Source of the DNA: a virus
DNA length: 64,000 nucleotides
Direction: 5' to 3' (one strand)
IMG/VR virus record: IMGVR_UViG_3300047320_000210
Span: 1 to 64,000 of that record
The notes below the pieces were generated by a model. The model saw only the letters and a list, made by a program, of their open reading frames with translations, was not told the origin of the DNA and did no database searches. The first letter of the stretch is position 1. The number at the start of each line of letters is the position of its first letter. A program made the position numbers and the translations under genes. This document shows, in pieces, positions 8,223 through 16,794 of this stretch.

Positions 8223-8509
8223 GCTTCATTCCTTTGCTCGGTGGGGAGGTGTGAAACGTCGAACAGGTGCCAAACCAAGGCCCCGGTCTGGAAGGTGGCC
8301 ACGTACTCGCCCGGGTCGTCCGGCATCGGGTTGCCGGTGCCGTGGATCATCAGCCGACGCGATTCCAGGGGGGCGTTGGTGTCACACATGCACCACAGCT
8401 GCGGCTCACCGCCCTGTAGCTGCACGTCGAGGTATTTGGCGCCTTTGGGCAGTTGCAGGTCTTGTTCAGCGGCCATCTTGAGTGGCCATTTCCAGATGCG
8501 TAGAGCCAT
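8219..8509 (-). CDS. Conserved phage hypothetical protein
   Basis: IWKWPL...LP.GA..L.VQ.Q...LW...GTG...VWHLF pattern. Confidence 0.8.
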   Translation of the reverse strand: MALRIWKWPLKMAAEQDLQLPKGAKYLDVQLQGGEPQLWCMCDTNAPLESRRLMIHGTGNPMPDDPGEYVATFQTGALVWHLFDVSHLPTEQRNEA

Positions 8510-8540
8510 GGTTCATTCCTTTGCATGGTTGGTTTGGGTG

Positions 8541-8813
8541 TTACGGGAAAATGCGTTGGTACTGCTTGGTGGGAGCGTAGAGTTTGGTAATCGTGTGGAG
8601 CTTGATCTGGCCCGGGTACAGTTCCTGAAACAGGCTGAAATCGCGGGTCGCAGTGGCCGAGGTCACCCCGAAAAAGTCGATCAGATGGCGGCGCGTAATG
8701 TGGCCGTAGTGGAATATCTGGAAGTCGATGAATCGCATCCGTTGCTCCATGGCGTAGGTCAACTTCGGTCGCCCACACGGGGTCAGGCCTACCACAACCT
8801 TGTCTATCTCCAC
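8541..8813 (-). CDS. Stand-alone CapW/BrxR-type winged-helix domain, no WYL domain
   Basis: EQRMRFIDFQIFHYGHITRRHLIDFFGVTSATATRDFSLFQELYPGQI matches the N-terminal wHTH of WYL-domain repressors; ends at RIFP. Confidence 0.8.
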   Translation of the reverse strand: MEIDKVVVGLTPCGRPKLTYAMEQRMRFIDFQIFHYGHITRRHLIDFFGVTSATATRDFSLFQELYPGQIKLHTITKLYAPTKQYQRIFP

Positions 8814-8845
8814 GAACAGTGCCTTCTATATAGTTGTCTTTGTGG

Positions 8846-9529
8846 TCAGGAAAACTGCGGTTTGAAGCCGTCGCTGCGGGTCCAGCGTTTGCGGGAGGGG
8901 TCGTAGAACGCATTCCCGGGGTTGTCGATGTTGTAGCGGCTGATGTCCGCCGAGGCGCAGGGAATGCTGATGCCGAAGAACGCCACCAGCTCGGGGCGCC
9001 CGACGTAGCCGTAGTGTTGCAGCAGGAAATCAATCATCCGCAGGCGTTGTTCGATGGCGTAAGTCAGGGGCATGGTGGCGTTGGCCTTGATTGCGGCCCA
9101 GGCGGCGTCGTGCATGCCGCCGAGGCTGTTGAGAATGCCCTCGCAGGCGGAACGGGACGCTTCGTTGTGCGGGTGCCAGTGCTGCTCGATGACGTCGATC
9201 ACCCCCGACAGCAGATAGGCGTAACCGTCGCGCTGGCCACGCACCAGGGCGAATTCGCTTTCGTTCTGCAGCAGCTCCAGACGCAGCGCCTCGGTCTGCC
9301 GGTACAAGGGTTCCAGCAGTTCGCCCATCACCCCGGATTTCGGCATCGGGTCGGTCAGGGCCTCCTGCCAACGCTGCGCCGCGCCCTTGCAGCCGTCATC
9401 CTGCCCGGCCCAAAAGTGCGCGTTGGCCTCATCGGAGCGGGCGACCTCCAGATCCAACGTCAGGCGCTCGATCTGGTCCTGCAGGGCCTGCATTTCAGCG
9501 GCCCAGTGCTCCCCAGGAGCCGCTGTCAT
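8846..9529 (-). CDS. Coiled-coil protein with C-terminal CapW/BrxR-type winged-helix domain
   Basis: C-terminus EQRLRMIDFLLQHYGYVGRPELVAFFGISIPCASADISRY...NAFYDPSRKRWTRSDGFKPQF; ATG 9529 overlaps upstream stop. Confidence 0.8.
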   Translation of the reverse strand: MTAAPGEHWAAEMQALQDQIERLTLDLEVARSDEANAHFWAGQDDGCKGAAQRWQEALTDPMPKSGVMGELLEPLYRQTEALRLELLQNESEFALVRGQRDGYAYLLSGVIDVIEQHWHPHNEASRSACEGILNSLGGMHDAAWAAIKANATMPLTYAIEQRLRMIDFLLQHYGYVGRPELVAFFGISIPCASADISRYNIDNPGNAFYDPSRKRWTRSDGFKPQFS

Positions 9530-9975
9530 TGCGGCGGGTTCCGTTGCGCTTGCAGCATCATGTCGTGCGCCCGGCAGTACGGGCAGGCCTTGTGCCAATC
9601 GGGGACGGTCGCCAGATGGCCGCTGATTTGCTCGGCCATTTCCTGCGACTCATAGTCGATCATCAGAGCGAAGATGGCCCGCCACGCCTGCAGCTGCTCG
9701 ACCGGTACCGGCACCCGCTCCCACGGGTTGAAAATCACCGGGGTGTTCACCGCGCGCGGCGCCTCGCGCTCCCACGTCATCATGTCCTCGGTGCCCTCGG
9801 CGATCAGCCGGGTGATTTCGAGGGTCGGCATCGACTTCGGATACGCCTTGTGATGCCAGCCGTAGACAAAATGCGGACAGTCGCCCTCGGCGCGCACAAA
9901 CGCGTAGACGTGGGTGGCTGCGGGGTCGCGCACGTCGAAGCGCAGTTCGTCAAAAAACGTTGAGCAGTTGCCCAT
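9526..9975 (-). CDS. Hypothetical protein with C-terminal CxxC
   Basis: Coupled ORF. Confidence 0.7.
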   Translation of the reverse strand: MGNCSTFFDELRFDVRDPAATHVYAFVRAEGDCPHFVYGWHHKAYPKSMPTLEITRLIAEGTEDMMTWEREAPRAVNTPVIFNPWERVPVPVEQLQAWRAIFALMIDYESQEMAEQISGHLATVPDWHKACPYCRAHDMMLQAQRNPPQ

Positions 9976-9977
9976 GG

Positions 9978-10370
9978 TCAGGATTCCTCGAATTCAGGGG
10001 TTTTCGGCCCGACCAGGTTGGACGGCGGACGCGGGAAAGCCACGCCAATCGGTCGCCACAGGTGCAGGCAGTAGGGGTGGAACGACACATAATCGGAGCG
10101 CGGCGGGTGGTACTGGATGACGCAGTCTTCGGCGTCCCAAAACAGGTCTTTGACGGTGCACATCACGTCCCAGCTTGGGGTTTTGCTCTGGAAACTGACG
10201 CTGACGTGCTCCCAGCCGTCCCCGTCCGAGGCCATCACCCTAGCCTTCAGCACCTTGTTGCTGCGGGGGTCGGTCAGCGGGATGAAAAACGTGCCGTTGT
10301 TGCCATGGTAAGTGGCGGAAGCCATGCGGCCAGCGGTGATACGGAAACGCTCAGGAACCTTGAAAGCCAT
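9978..10370 (-). CDS. Conserved phage hypothetical protein
   Basis: GWEHVSVS...PSW..MC.VKDLFW...QYHP...HPYCLHLW signature. Confidence 0.85.
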   Translation of the reverse strand: MAFKVPERFRITAGRMASATYHGNNGTFFIPLTDPRSNKVLKARVMASDGDGWEHVSVSFQSKTPSWDVMCTVKDLFWDAEDCVIQYHPPRSDYVSFHPYCLHLWRPIGVAFPRPPSNLVGPKTPEFEES

Positions 10371-10392
10371 GGTGATTTCCTTGTCTTTGGGG

Positions 10393-10602
10393 CTACAACC
10401 GATACTTTTCAGTGGCCTTGAGAAGCGCGTTGATCTCAGCGTCGTGCGCCCTGTCTGCCGCGCTGGCCGCCAGACGCAGGCATTCGCCGAGGCCGTCGCA
10501 ACGCGCGTGGGAGAACTCGGCAATCAGCTTGTCGTTGATCTGCAGGCGGTAGTGGTGGCGGCCTTCGGCGTCCCGCTCACCGGTGTTGATGATCGCGATC
10601 AT
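10393..10602 (-). CDS. Small hypothetical protein
   Basis: ATGA coupling; MIAIINTG...YRLQIN. Confidence 0.7.
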   Translation of the reverse strand: MIAIINTGERDAEGRHHYRLQINDKLIAEFSHARCDGLGECLRLAASAADRAHDAEINALLKATEKYRL

Positions 10603-11045
10603 GGGTGCACGACCTTGGCCGTGGCCATGATCTTGCGTTGGCGACGACGGGCCAGCCAACGGCTGGGCGACGGCAGCAGGTCGCGGAATTTCGGTTTGAC
10701 GCGGGGTATGTTGCATTGCTCGACCAGCAACTGGTGCAGGTGCGTCAGCTGATCCACCGCACGGGCGTAGGAGTCGGCCAACGCGAGACGCTTAGCCGGG
10801 GAGAAGCCCTCGTATTCCTCTTGCAGCTCGATGAGTTGCTTGGCCACCAGGCGCTCATGGTCGATGCACCGTTGCTGGATGTCGGCCCAGGCCGCCAAAC
10901 CGCCGAGCTTCCAGGACAACCAAGCACTGAGGATCAAGCCGGTGAACGGCAGGTTGGTGACGTGCATCCACACCTGGACAAACACCTGGGTCGCGATCAG
11001 GGCCAACAGCATGTGGGAAGTCAAAATGGCGCGAAGAATTTTCAA
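10599..11045 (-). CDS. Membrane protein, two N-terminal TM helices
   Basis: Hydrophobic N-terminus, basic C-terminus. Confidence 0.7.
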   Translation of the reverse strand: MKILRAILTSHMLLALIATQVFVQVWMHVTNLPFTGLILSAWLSWKLGGLAAWADIQQRCIDHERLVAKQLIELQEEYEGFSPAKRLALADSYARAVDQLTHLHQLLVEQCNIPRVKPKFRDLLPSPSRWLARRRQRKIMATAKVVHP

Positions 11046-11062
11046 GTGGTAGTCCCTTACGC

Positions 11063-11440
11063 TTATTTGAATTCCCGGTACGGCTCAACACCAAGCCGTT
11101 CGGCCAGCCGGTTCACCAACTTCTGCGCCGGGGTCTGAAACTTCAAACTGGACTCTTGGCGATAGCGCCCGTCGTGCCAGGTGACGTACTCGAAAAGCTC
11201 AAGCGCTTCGCGCAGCAAATCGACGTCCGCGTCGTGCTGGATTTCGACGCGCTCGCCAATCAGCTGCATGCGGTTGACGAAGTCATCCGGCAACCGGCTG
11301 TGCAACTGCCCGGTGTGGATGTTGCGGTAAATCTCGGTGTCGTGACCGCGATCTGTACCGGCGCCGATGCAATGACCCAGCAACTCGTAGGTGCCGTCCT
11401 TACCCTGCGCGATGTACAGCGATTTCGGGGGATTAAGCAT
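11063..11440 (-). CDS. Hypothetical protein
   Basis: ORF within the operon. Confidence 0.7.
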   Translation of the reverse strand: MLNPPKSLYIAQGKDGTYELLGHCIGAGTDRGHDTEIYRNIHTGQLHSRLPDDFVNRMQLIGERVEIQHDADVDLLREALELFEYVTWHDGRYRQESSLKFQTPAQKLVNRLAERLGVEPYREFK

Positions 11441-11711
11441 CCATGGACCCCTTGGCAAGTGATGAGATTTTGTCGAAGTCTTTGTCGTTGAGCAGATCGC
11501 GCACGACCTGCAGGGCGAAGGTCTCATCCAGCATAGAGAATAGCTCGACTGCCTTTTCCCGCCCGAGATCAGTGTCAGGCAAGTCGGATTTCAGGGCGCA
11601 AAGCCCCTCCCCATCGGGGTGCAGGAAACGAATCGTAACGGTGTGGTCGCCCTTGACGATCAGCACTTGGCCGAGGTCTTTGGACCAGAAAAGTTTGGCG
11701 AAATCGCGCAT
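11433..11711 (-). CDS. Hypothetical protein
   Basis: AAGGAG RBS; MRDFAKLF...GQVL. Confidence 0.75.
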   Translation of the reverse strand: MRDFAKLFWSKDLGQVLIVKGDHTVTIRFLHPDGEGLCALKSDLPDTDLGREKAVELFSMLDETFALQVVRDLLNDKDFDKISSLAKGSMDA

Positions 11712-11739
11712 GGCGAACTCCTTGTGATGGACCTGTCCG

Positions 11740-11928
11740 TTACTCAGGCAGCAGGGCTTCGGCCTTCTGCTCCAGGATGCGGTTGTAGATTTCTTCACGA
11801 TGGACTTCGACATGCTTGGGCGCGTCAATGCCGATGCGCACCTGCAGGCCATTGACGCCGAACACCGTCAAGGTGATGTCGTCGCCAATCTTGATGGTTT
11901 CGTTAACGCGGCGAGTCAATATCAACAC
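11740..11928 (-). CDS. csrA: CsrA/RsmA family translational regulator, 62 aa
   Basis: [42 protein letters not shown]; GTG start with GGAGA RBS. Confidence 0.97.
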   Translation of the reverse strand: MLILTRRVNETIKIGDDITLTVFGVNGLQVRIGIDAPKHVEVHREEIYNRILEQKAEALLPE

Positions 11929-11984
11929 AATCCATTCTCCATGTTTGGGTCTACTGACCCGGGATTCATACTGTAACGTTCGTG

Positions 11985-12582
11985 AGACACATAACCCTAG
12001 CAGGTAAAACAGCGGCTGTCGGGCCGAGGCCCTTGGCACGCCCTATGCTCCCACTGGCGTGGAAGCCCCTAGGTCCGGCCCTTAAAAAAAGGCGTTCCCT
12101 ATGACTCCACGCAGTGGGGATGTTTGGGTAAAAACCCACTCCCACTCCCAGCCGGCGTTCCACACTTTGCGAGGTTATGCGTTACAAGCGCCCTCGGCCC
12201 GTCGCGGCGTGTGGCAGGGGTAGGATTTGAGACAGTCAACGTGCACCTTGTCTGGGTTATGTGCGCGCCCTGCCATTGCCTTATCGACCCTTACGGGTTC
12301 GTACCACCTGGCTTTACCGCCCCCCCTCGACCAATGCCCTTGTGGGGGGTAATACGCGTCGTGGTCCAATAGGCGAACAAACGCCCCATCTTGATCCAAA
12401 CATCACGACGGAAGGCACTTCGGGGAGAGGGGGCGTAGTTGAATACGCGAAGACGATTCGCGTAGAATGGCTAACCCGGTCTCGTATCCCGCCTCTTAAG
12501 CAGAAATCCCCGAGACCTTGGCTGAAGGTACTTGCAATACCCGTCAGTCCGTAAAGCCCTCGCCTAACAGCGGGGGCTTTTT
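11985..12582 (+). ncRNA. Putative large structured non-coding RNA, about 600 nt, family unassigned
   Basis: No credible ORF; at least eight complementary helices including long-range 11988-11997:12254-12263 and 12020-12029:12192-12201; ends in a plus-strand terminator. Confidence 0.65.
12553..12582 (+). terminator. Intrinsic terminator
   Basis: AAAGCCCTCGC-CTAACA-GCGGGGGCTTTTT. Confidence 0.85.
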
Positions 12583-12908
12583 CGTTTCAAGGCAACAGGA
12601 TACGGAGCAATCGCGGCCGAATACAAGACGCGATAAGCGCATCTAACGACTTGACATTTGGCTATATGGCACTTTTATGGCGCCATTGTCCGACAAGATT
12701 TAGCCGCCAACCGCGCAAAATCAAGGGCTGAAACCGTTCCGCACCGTCGGCCGGAGGTGTCCAAATTATTTACAAAAACGTCACTCTTTTTTGCTTGACA
12801 GCGACATCGCCCCCTACCGATTTTCGATCCTTCGCTAGGCTTACTCTCAAGGCCGCGAACATCTGCACCCACCAAGACGGCCGAGGCAACCCCTAGAAAG
12901 GCCTCCCC

Positions 12909-13199
12909 ATGACCGAGTTCAGCCCTGAAGCGCTGGTGGTTTACCAGCTCGATGACATGCGTCAAGACTTAGAGGTGGTGGGGCTTTACACCCACCCGGA
13001 AGACGCAGAAACCCACGTCGCGGTGATCCCCAAAGAACGCAACCCGATCATCATTCCGATGCCCATGGCCAGCGCCCTGGCGGTGTTGCGCGAAGAAGGC
13101 AACATCGTGCACACCCACCTGTTCGAGCAGCGCCTCGATCGTCTGGCCGAGCGTGTCAGCCAGCTGACGGCGGTGCTTGCCGCGAAGAAGGTGGCGTGA
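12909..13199 (+). CDS. Hypothetical protein
   Basis: GAAAGG RBS, coupled to the endolysin. Confidence 0.7.
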   Translation: MTEFSPEALVVYQLDDMRQDLEVVGLYTHPEDAETHVAVIPKERNPIIIPMPMASALAVLREEGNIVHTHLFEQRLDRLAERVSQLTAVLAAKKVA

Positions 13200-13783
13200 T
13201 GGCGCTGATCACACGGACACCGGAAATCGACAAGATCATCAAAGAGCTGATCGGCATCGAAGGAGACGGAAATGGGCGCATCGACAAAAATGACGCCGGG
13301 GGCGCGACCCGCTGGGGCGTGACCGAAGCGGTGGCGCGCGCGGACGGTTACAAGGGCGCGATGAAAGACTACCCCCGCGACAGCGCCGAGATGCTTTACC
13401 TGCGCAACTACTTCGTGGCGCCGCACTTCGACCAGATTCTGCTGCGCAGCCGCGAACTGGCCGCCGAATTGTTCGAGATCGAGGTCAACCTGCCGCCCGG
13501 GCAGGCCGCCGAATTCCTGCAGCGCGCGCTCAACGCCCTGAACGACCCGGACGGCGACGGCAAGGTCAACTACCCGCAGCTGAAAGTGGACGGTGACCTG
13601 GGCGCGCAGAGTTTTATCGCCCTGGATGCGTTCCTGTTCCTGCGCAAGACACCGGGTATTCACTGCCTGCTGGCCCTGATCAACTCCCAGCAGGCCGTGT
13701 ACTACCTCGGGCGCACCGAAGCGCGGCCACAGAACAAGAAATACGTGTACGGCTGGACCATGAACCGCATTCAACTGGCATAA
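13196..13783 (+). CDS. Endolysin, glycoside hydrolase family 108 with C-terminal peptidoglycan-binding domain
   Basis: IEG...D.GG.T.WGVT, LQRALN, VDG.LG, YGW..NR motifs. Confidence 0.9.
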   Translation: MMALITRTPEIDKIIKELIGIEGDGNGRIDKNDAGGATRWGVTEAVARADGYKGAMKDYPRDSAEMLYLRNYFVAPHFDQILLRSRELAAELFEIEVNLPPGQAAEFLQRALNALNDPDGDGKVNYPQLKVDGDLGAQSFIALDAFLFLRKTPGIHCLLALINSQQAVYYLGRTEARPQNKKYVYGWTMNRIQLA

Positions 13784-13794
13784 GGCGACAGTCC

Positions 13795-14148
13795 ATGACC
13801 CCACCCCTTGAAGAAATGCTGCGCACGGTGCAAGAGAACCTGAGCCGTGACCCCGACTTGGCCCGGCGGCAGCAGGACATGCACGCCCTGCTGCAAAATG
13901 CGCAGACCGTGGCCGAAATCGCCACCGCTTACCGGATCGGCTGCATCCCCGACAGCGCCAAGCCGATGCAGATCACCGAGACGGAACAAGCGATGTACGC
14001 CGCCTGCCAGATGCTGCTGCAGGTGTTCATGCGCAAGGTCGACGAAGGCGGGGATGCGGCGCAGCAGTGGGTCGAGGCGGTGCTGAAAGAGTGCGCGGAC
14101 TACGCGGCCCGGCGCTACATGGCCATACAGGCGGCGGGCTGTATCTAG
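13795..14148 (+). CDS. Hypothetical protein
   Basis: ORF within the operon. Confidence 0.7.
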   Translation: MTPPLEEMLRTVQENLSRDPDLARRQQDMHALLQNAQTVAEIATAYRIGCIPDSAKPMQITETEQAMYAACQMLLQVFMRKVDEGGDAAQQWVEAVLKECADYAARRYMAIQAAGCI

Positions 14149-14151
14149 CAT

Positions 14152-14179
14152 TAATTCGTAATTCACAATTCGTAATTGC
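14152..14179. repeat. AT-rich heptad repeat, four copies
   Basis: TAATTCG TAATTCA CAATTCG TAATTGC. Confidence 0.8.
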
Positions 14180-14252
14180 TAGAAGCCGGCACGGGGGCGA
14201 GGGAGTCTACCCCTAGAATTCCCCCACCCCCGTGCCGGGGGAGTAAACTTAC

Positions 14253-14292
14253 AAGCCCCGCACGGTCTGTACAAGCGCCGTGCGGGGCTTTA
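14253..14292 (+). terminator. Long hairpin, probable terminator
   Basis: AAGCCCCGCACGG...CCGTGCGGGGCTT 13-bp stem followed by TATT. Confidence 0.6.
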
Positions 14293-14316
14293 TTCATTCC
14301 ACAGGGGAACCCCACC

Positions 14317-14985
14317 TTGTCCGCACGAATCATCCAATGCAATCCCGATGCCCTGGCACAACTGGCCAGTGAGGCGCTATGCGACGGCGCCCTGAAGGTC
14401 ATGCCCGCAGCGTTCTACCGCCAGTTTGAACAGGTTGACCTGGCAGGCTTCTGCTTAAAACAAGCGGCCTACTGCCTGCCCACGTTCGAGCTACTGGATA
14501 AGATCAACGAGCTGATCTTAGAAGTCAGCCCGACCCGCTCGGCCATCGAGATCGGCAGCGGCAACGGCGTGCTGGGGCAGGCGCTGGGCATCCCCTGCAC
14601 CGACAACTACATGCAAGCAGACGCCGGGATTCAAGCGATGTACGCGAGCGCGATGCAGCCGGTGATCACCTACGGCGCGCACGTCGAAAAGCTCGATGCC
14701 TTCGCCGCCGTCAAGCAATACAAACCTGAAGTCGTGGTCGCGGCATGGGTGACACACAAGTACAACCCCGCCGAGCACTGGCGCGAAGGCAATATGTTTG
14801 GGGTCGATGAAAAGGCGTTGCTGCGTAGGATCAAGCGCTACGTGTTTGTCGGGAACCTCTCCCCGCACGGCAAAAAGCCGCTGCTCGCCGTCCCGCACAA
14901 GCGGATCGAGGTCGACTACGTGTTTTCGAGGTCGCTCGATGCCCACAACAACGCGATCTTGGTGTGGGAATCTCGCAATTGCTAA
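14317..14985 (+). CDS. Putative SAM-dependent methyltransferase-like protein
   Basis: Motif I-like AIEIGSGNG; TTG start with AGGGGA RBS. Confidence 0.6.
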   Translation: MSARIIQCNPDALAQLASEALCDGALKVMPAAFYRQFEQVDLAGFCLKQAAYCLPTFELLDKINELILEVSPTRSAIEIGSGNGVLGQALGIPCTDNYMQADAGIQAMYASAMQPVITYGAHVEKLDAFAAVKQYKPEVVVAAWVTHKYNPAEHWREGNMFGVDEKALLRRIKRYVFVGNLSPHGKKPLLAVPHKRIEVDYVFSRSLDAHNNAILVWESRNC

Positions 14986-15003
14986 TTAGTAATTGCTAAT
15001 TAA
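14976..15003. repeat. AT-rich heptad repeat, four copies, at a convergent gene junction
   Basis: CAATTGC TAATTAG TAATTGC TAATTAA. Confidence 0.8.
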
Positions 15004-15389
15004 TTCTGATGGTTGTCCATGAAGGCGCGCGCCTCGGCCAGTAACTTGGCCCGGCGCCGCTGGCTGCGCCACGCCATGCAGTGCGCCGCTACGCGCATCA
15101 TGACAATGCCCAGCGGTGACACCACTAGGTAGCCCAGCAGCAGCGCGATGGCCAACAGGCTGAACAGCGCTTTCAACGCCCCGAGCACAATCTGCCCCAG
15201 CCCGGCGAACAGCCGGCGCACCTGCCCCCCGCCCATCCCCAGCTCGATGTCCTCGTCCACGTCCTTGACCCGGAACCGCTCGGGCTTGAACAACAGTGCC
15301 CACAGCGCCCAAGCCATTACCCGCCAATCCTTGAACAGGCTGCGGGTGGGGTTCAGCATTTGCGATTCCACGTAGTCGCTGAGCTTCAT
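15000..15389 (-). CDS. Membrane protein
   Basis: Long hydrophobic segment; GAGG RBS. Confidence 0.7.
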   Translation of the reverse strand: MKLSDYVESQMLNPTRSLFKDWRVMAWALWALLFKPERFRVKDVDEDIELGMGGGQVRRLFAGLGQIVLGALKALFSLLAIALLLGYLVVSPLGIVMMRVAAHCMAWRSQRRRAKLLAEARAFMDNHQN

Positions 15390-15643
15390 TCGAACACCGC
15401 CTCTTTGATCAGTTCGTCGCATTCAGTTTTGGACAGAAAACGCTTGACCCCGATCGGGTACCAAACCCCGTCGATGCGCACCCGAAAATACTTGTAGCGC
15501 TGATTCAGGATGATCTCTTCACCCGAGGTGTTATCGAACTCTTTGAGCGGGAATTGCTTGCTCGAAAACAGTTCGATCTTGCGTGTGTGGCCGTCGATTC
15601 GACGCACCCCTACCACAATATCCGCCTTGCGTACTTCGCCCAT
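15386..15643 (-). CDS. Hypothetical protein
   Basis: GGAGG RBS; YRVRIDG.W-like motif. Confidence 0.7.
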   Translation of the reverse strand: MGEVRKADIVVGVRRIDGHTRKIELFSSKQFPLKEFDNTSGEEIILNQRYKYFRVRIDGVWYPIGVKRFLSKTECDELIKEAVFE

Positions 15644-15812
15644 TTCAGCCCTCCCGGGCAGGGTAAAACCGAACCGCACCTATACTGAACTTTACCTTGC
15701 CTCACTTTTGGGGCAAGTCAAGCCGAGTGCAACACGCAGTCAGAGGCCGTCAGGCCCGCCGTCCACAAGGACACTGTAGCACCGGCTTTTGCGCGACTTT
15801 GGGGGCACTACC

Positions 15813-16217
15813 TTGTCTCAATCGAGTGTGATTTCACGCACAGGTCACGGCTCCGGCATGTCCGCCGAAGAAGAGGCCTTTCAGAAGTTGGCCGCCAGCC
15901 TGCTCAAACTGCCGTACAACCCCGTGGTCCTCTGCGGCTGGCGCTCCTACGCGCAATGGCTGGAGATCCTGTCCGGCCTGACCCTGGTGACCGATGGCTA
16001 CAGCGCCAAAGGCCAAGGCCCCGACGACTTCGTCAAGCTGGCCACCGCCTGCGGCTGGGTGCGTTTCGAGCTGTCGCGCGAGACCATCATGGTCCGCTCG
16101 AAAATCGCCTACACCGTCGAGCCGCTGCCCGTGCTGCTGATGCAGTCGAAGTCGATGGACCCGGACGACGTGCGGATCTACGACGCCGCAGTGTTCCAAA
16201 CCAAGCGGCGGCACTGA
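15813..16217 (+). CDS. Hypothetical protein, start uncertain
   Basis: ORF 15789..16217 leading the packaging operon. Confidence 0.6.
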   Translation: MSQSSVISRTGHGSGMSAEEEAFQKLAASLLKLPYNPVVLCGWRSYAQWLEILSGLTLVTDGYSAKGQGPDDFVKLATACGWVRFELSRETIMVRSKIAYTVEPLPVLLMQSKSMDPDDVRIYDAAVFQTKRRH

Positions 16218-16218
16218 C

Positions 16219-16794
16219 ATGGCCGAACTCTCTGATTTCGACGCCCCGGCCGTGTTGAAGAAACCGCCTGAGCCCAAAACCGAAGGCATCCAGCCCCTGC
16301 CGCCGGCCATTGAACCGGTGCTGGGCATCAGTCCGCGCGCCGTGGTCTTTGCCGAAACCGACATGGGCCGTGTGGACCATGGCCTGCAGGTGTTCATCCA
16401 CGACTTCCTGCCCAAGCTCAGCAAGGAGCAGTTGCACAAGCTGGTGTCGGCCTTGCCGGCCGGCACCCTGGAAGTGACCGGGCAGGGTTACGGCGCCGAT
16501 TTCTCGTTGGCCGACGAGATTGGCCTGCAGATCGTGGCGGTGCAGAACCTGCGTCAGCACGTTTTCCCCAACGGCCACCTGCGCGAAAGCTGCAACATTC
16601 GCGAGGCCAAAGAGGTGCTGACCACCTGCAACGTCATGATCAAAACCATGATCGACAACCACGACCGCATCATGTCGATGGAGCGCATGCGCGCCGTCGA
16701 AGCGGCCACCATCGACACCCTGGTGGAGCTGGACGACGACCTTAAAGAGCAGTTTCTGGACCGCCTGCGCGTGCGACTGGAGACCCAGTCATGA
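16219..16794 (+). CDS. Probable terminase small subunit
   Basis: Directly upstream of and coupled to the large subunit; helical, 191 aa. Confidence 0.5.
   Translation: MAELSDFDAPAVLKKPPEPKTEGIQPLPPAIEPVLGISPRAVVFAETDMGRVDHGLQVFIHDFLPKLSKEQLHKLVSALPAGTLEVTGQGYGADFSLADEIGLQIVAVQNLRQHVFPNGHLRESCNIREAKEVLTTCNVMIKTMIDNHDRIMSMERMRAVEAATIDTLVELDDDLKEQFLDRLRVRLETQS

Noticed and set aside
12210-12276. tRNA-like 3' end on the minus strand (TCAAATCCTACCCCTGCCA) with a 7-bp acceptor-like stem
   Set aside because: No T-arm partner, D-arm or anticodon arm can be built; better explained as a helix of the larger RNA
12124-12554. Short ORFs 12124..12372, 12175..12399 and 12261..12554
   Set aside because: No clear RBS, atypical composition, and they overlap the paired helices
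11985-12582. RsmY/RsmZ-type CsrA sponge
   Set aside because: Only about five GGA on the plus strand, mostly in stems, and far longer than known Rsm sponges
12840-12851. CTTACYCTCAAG shared with 59353-59364 as a phage promoter motif
   Set aside because: Only two copies, with inconsistent orientation relative to downstream genes
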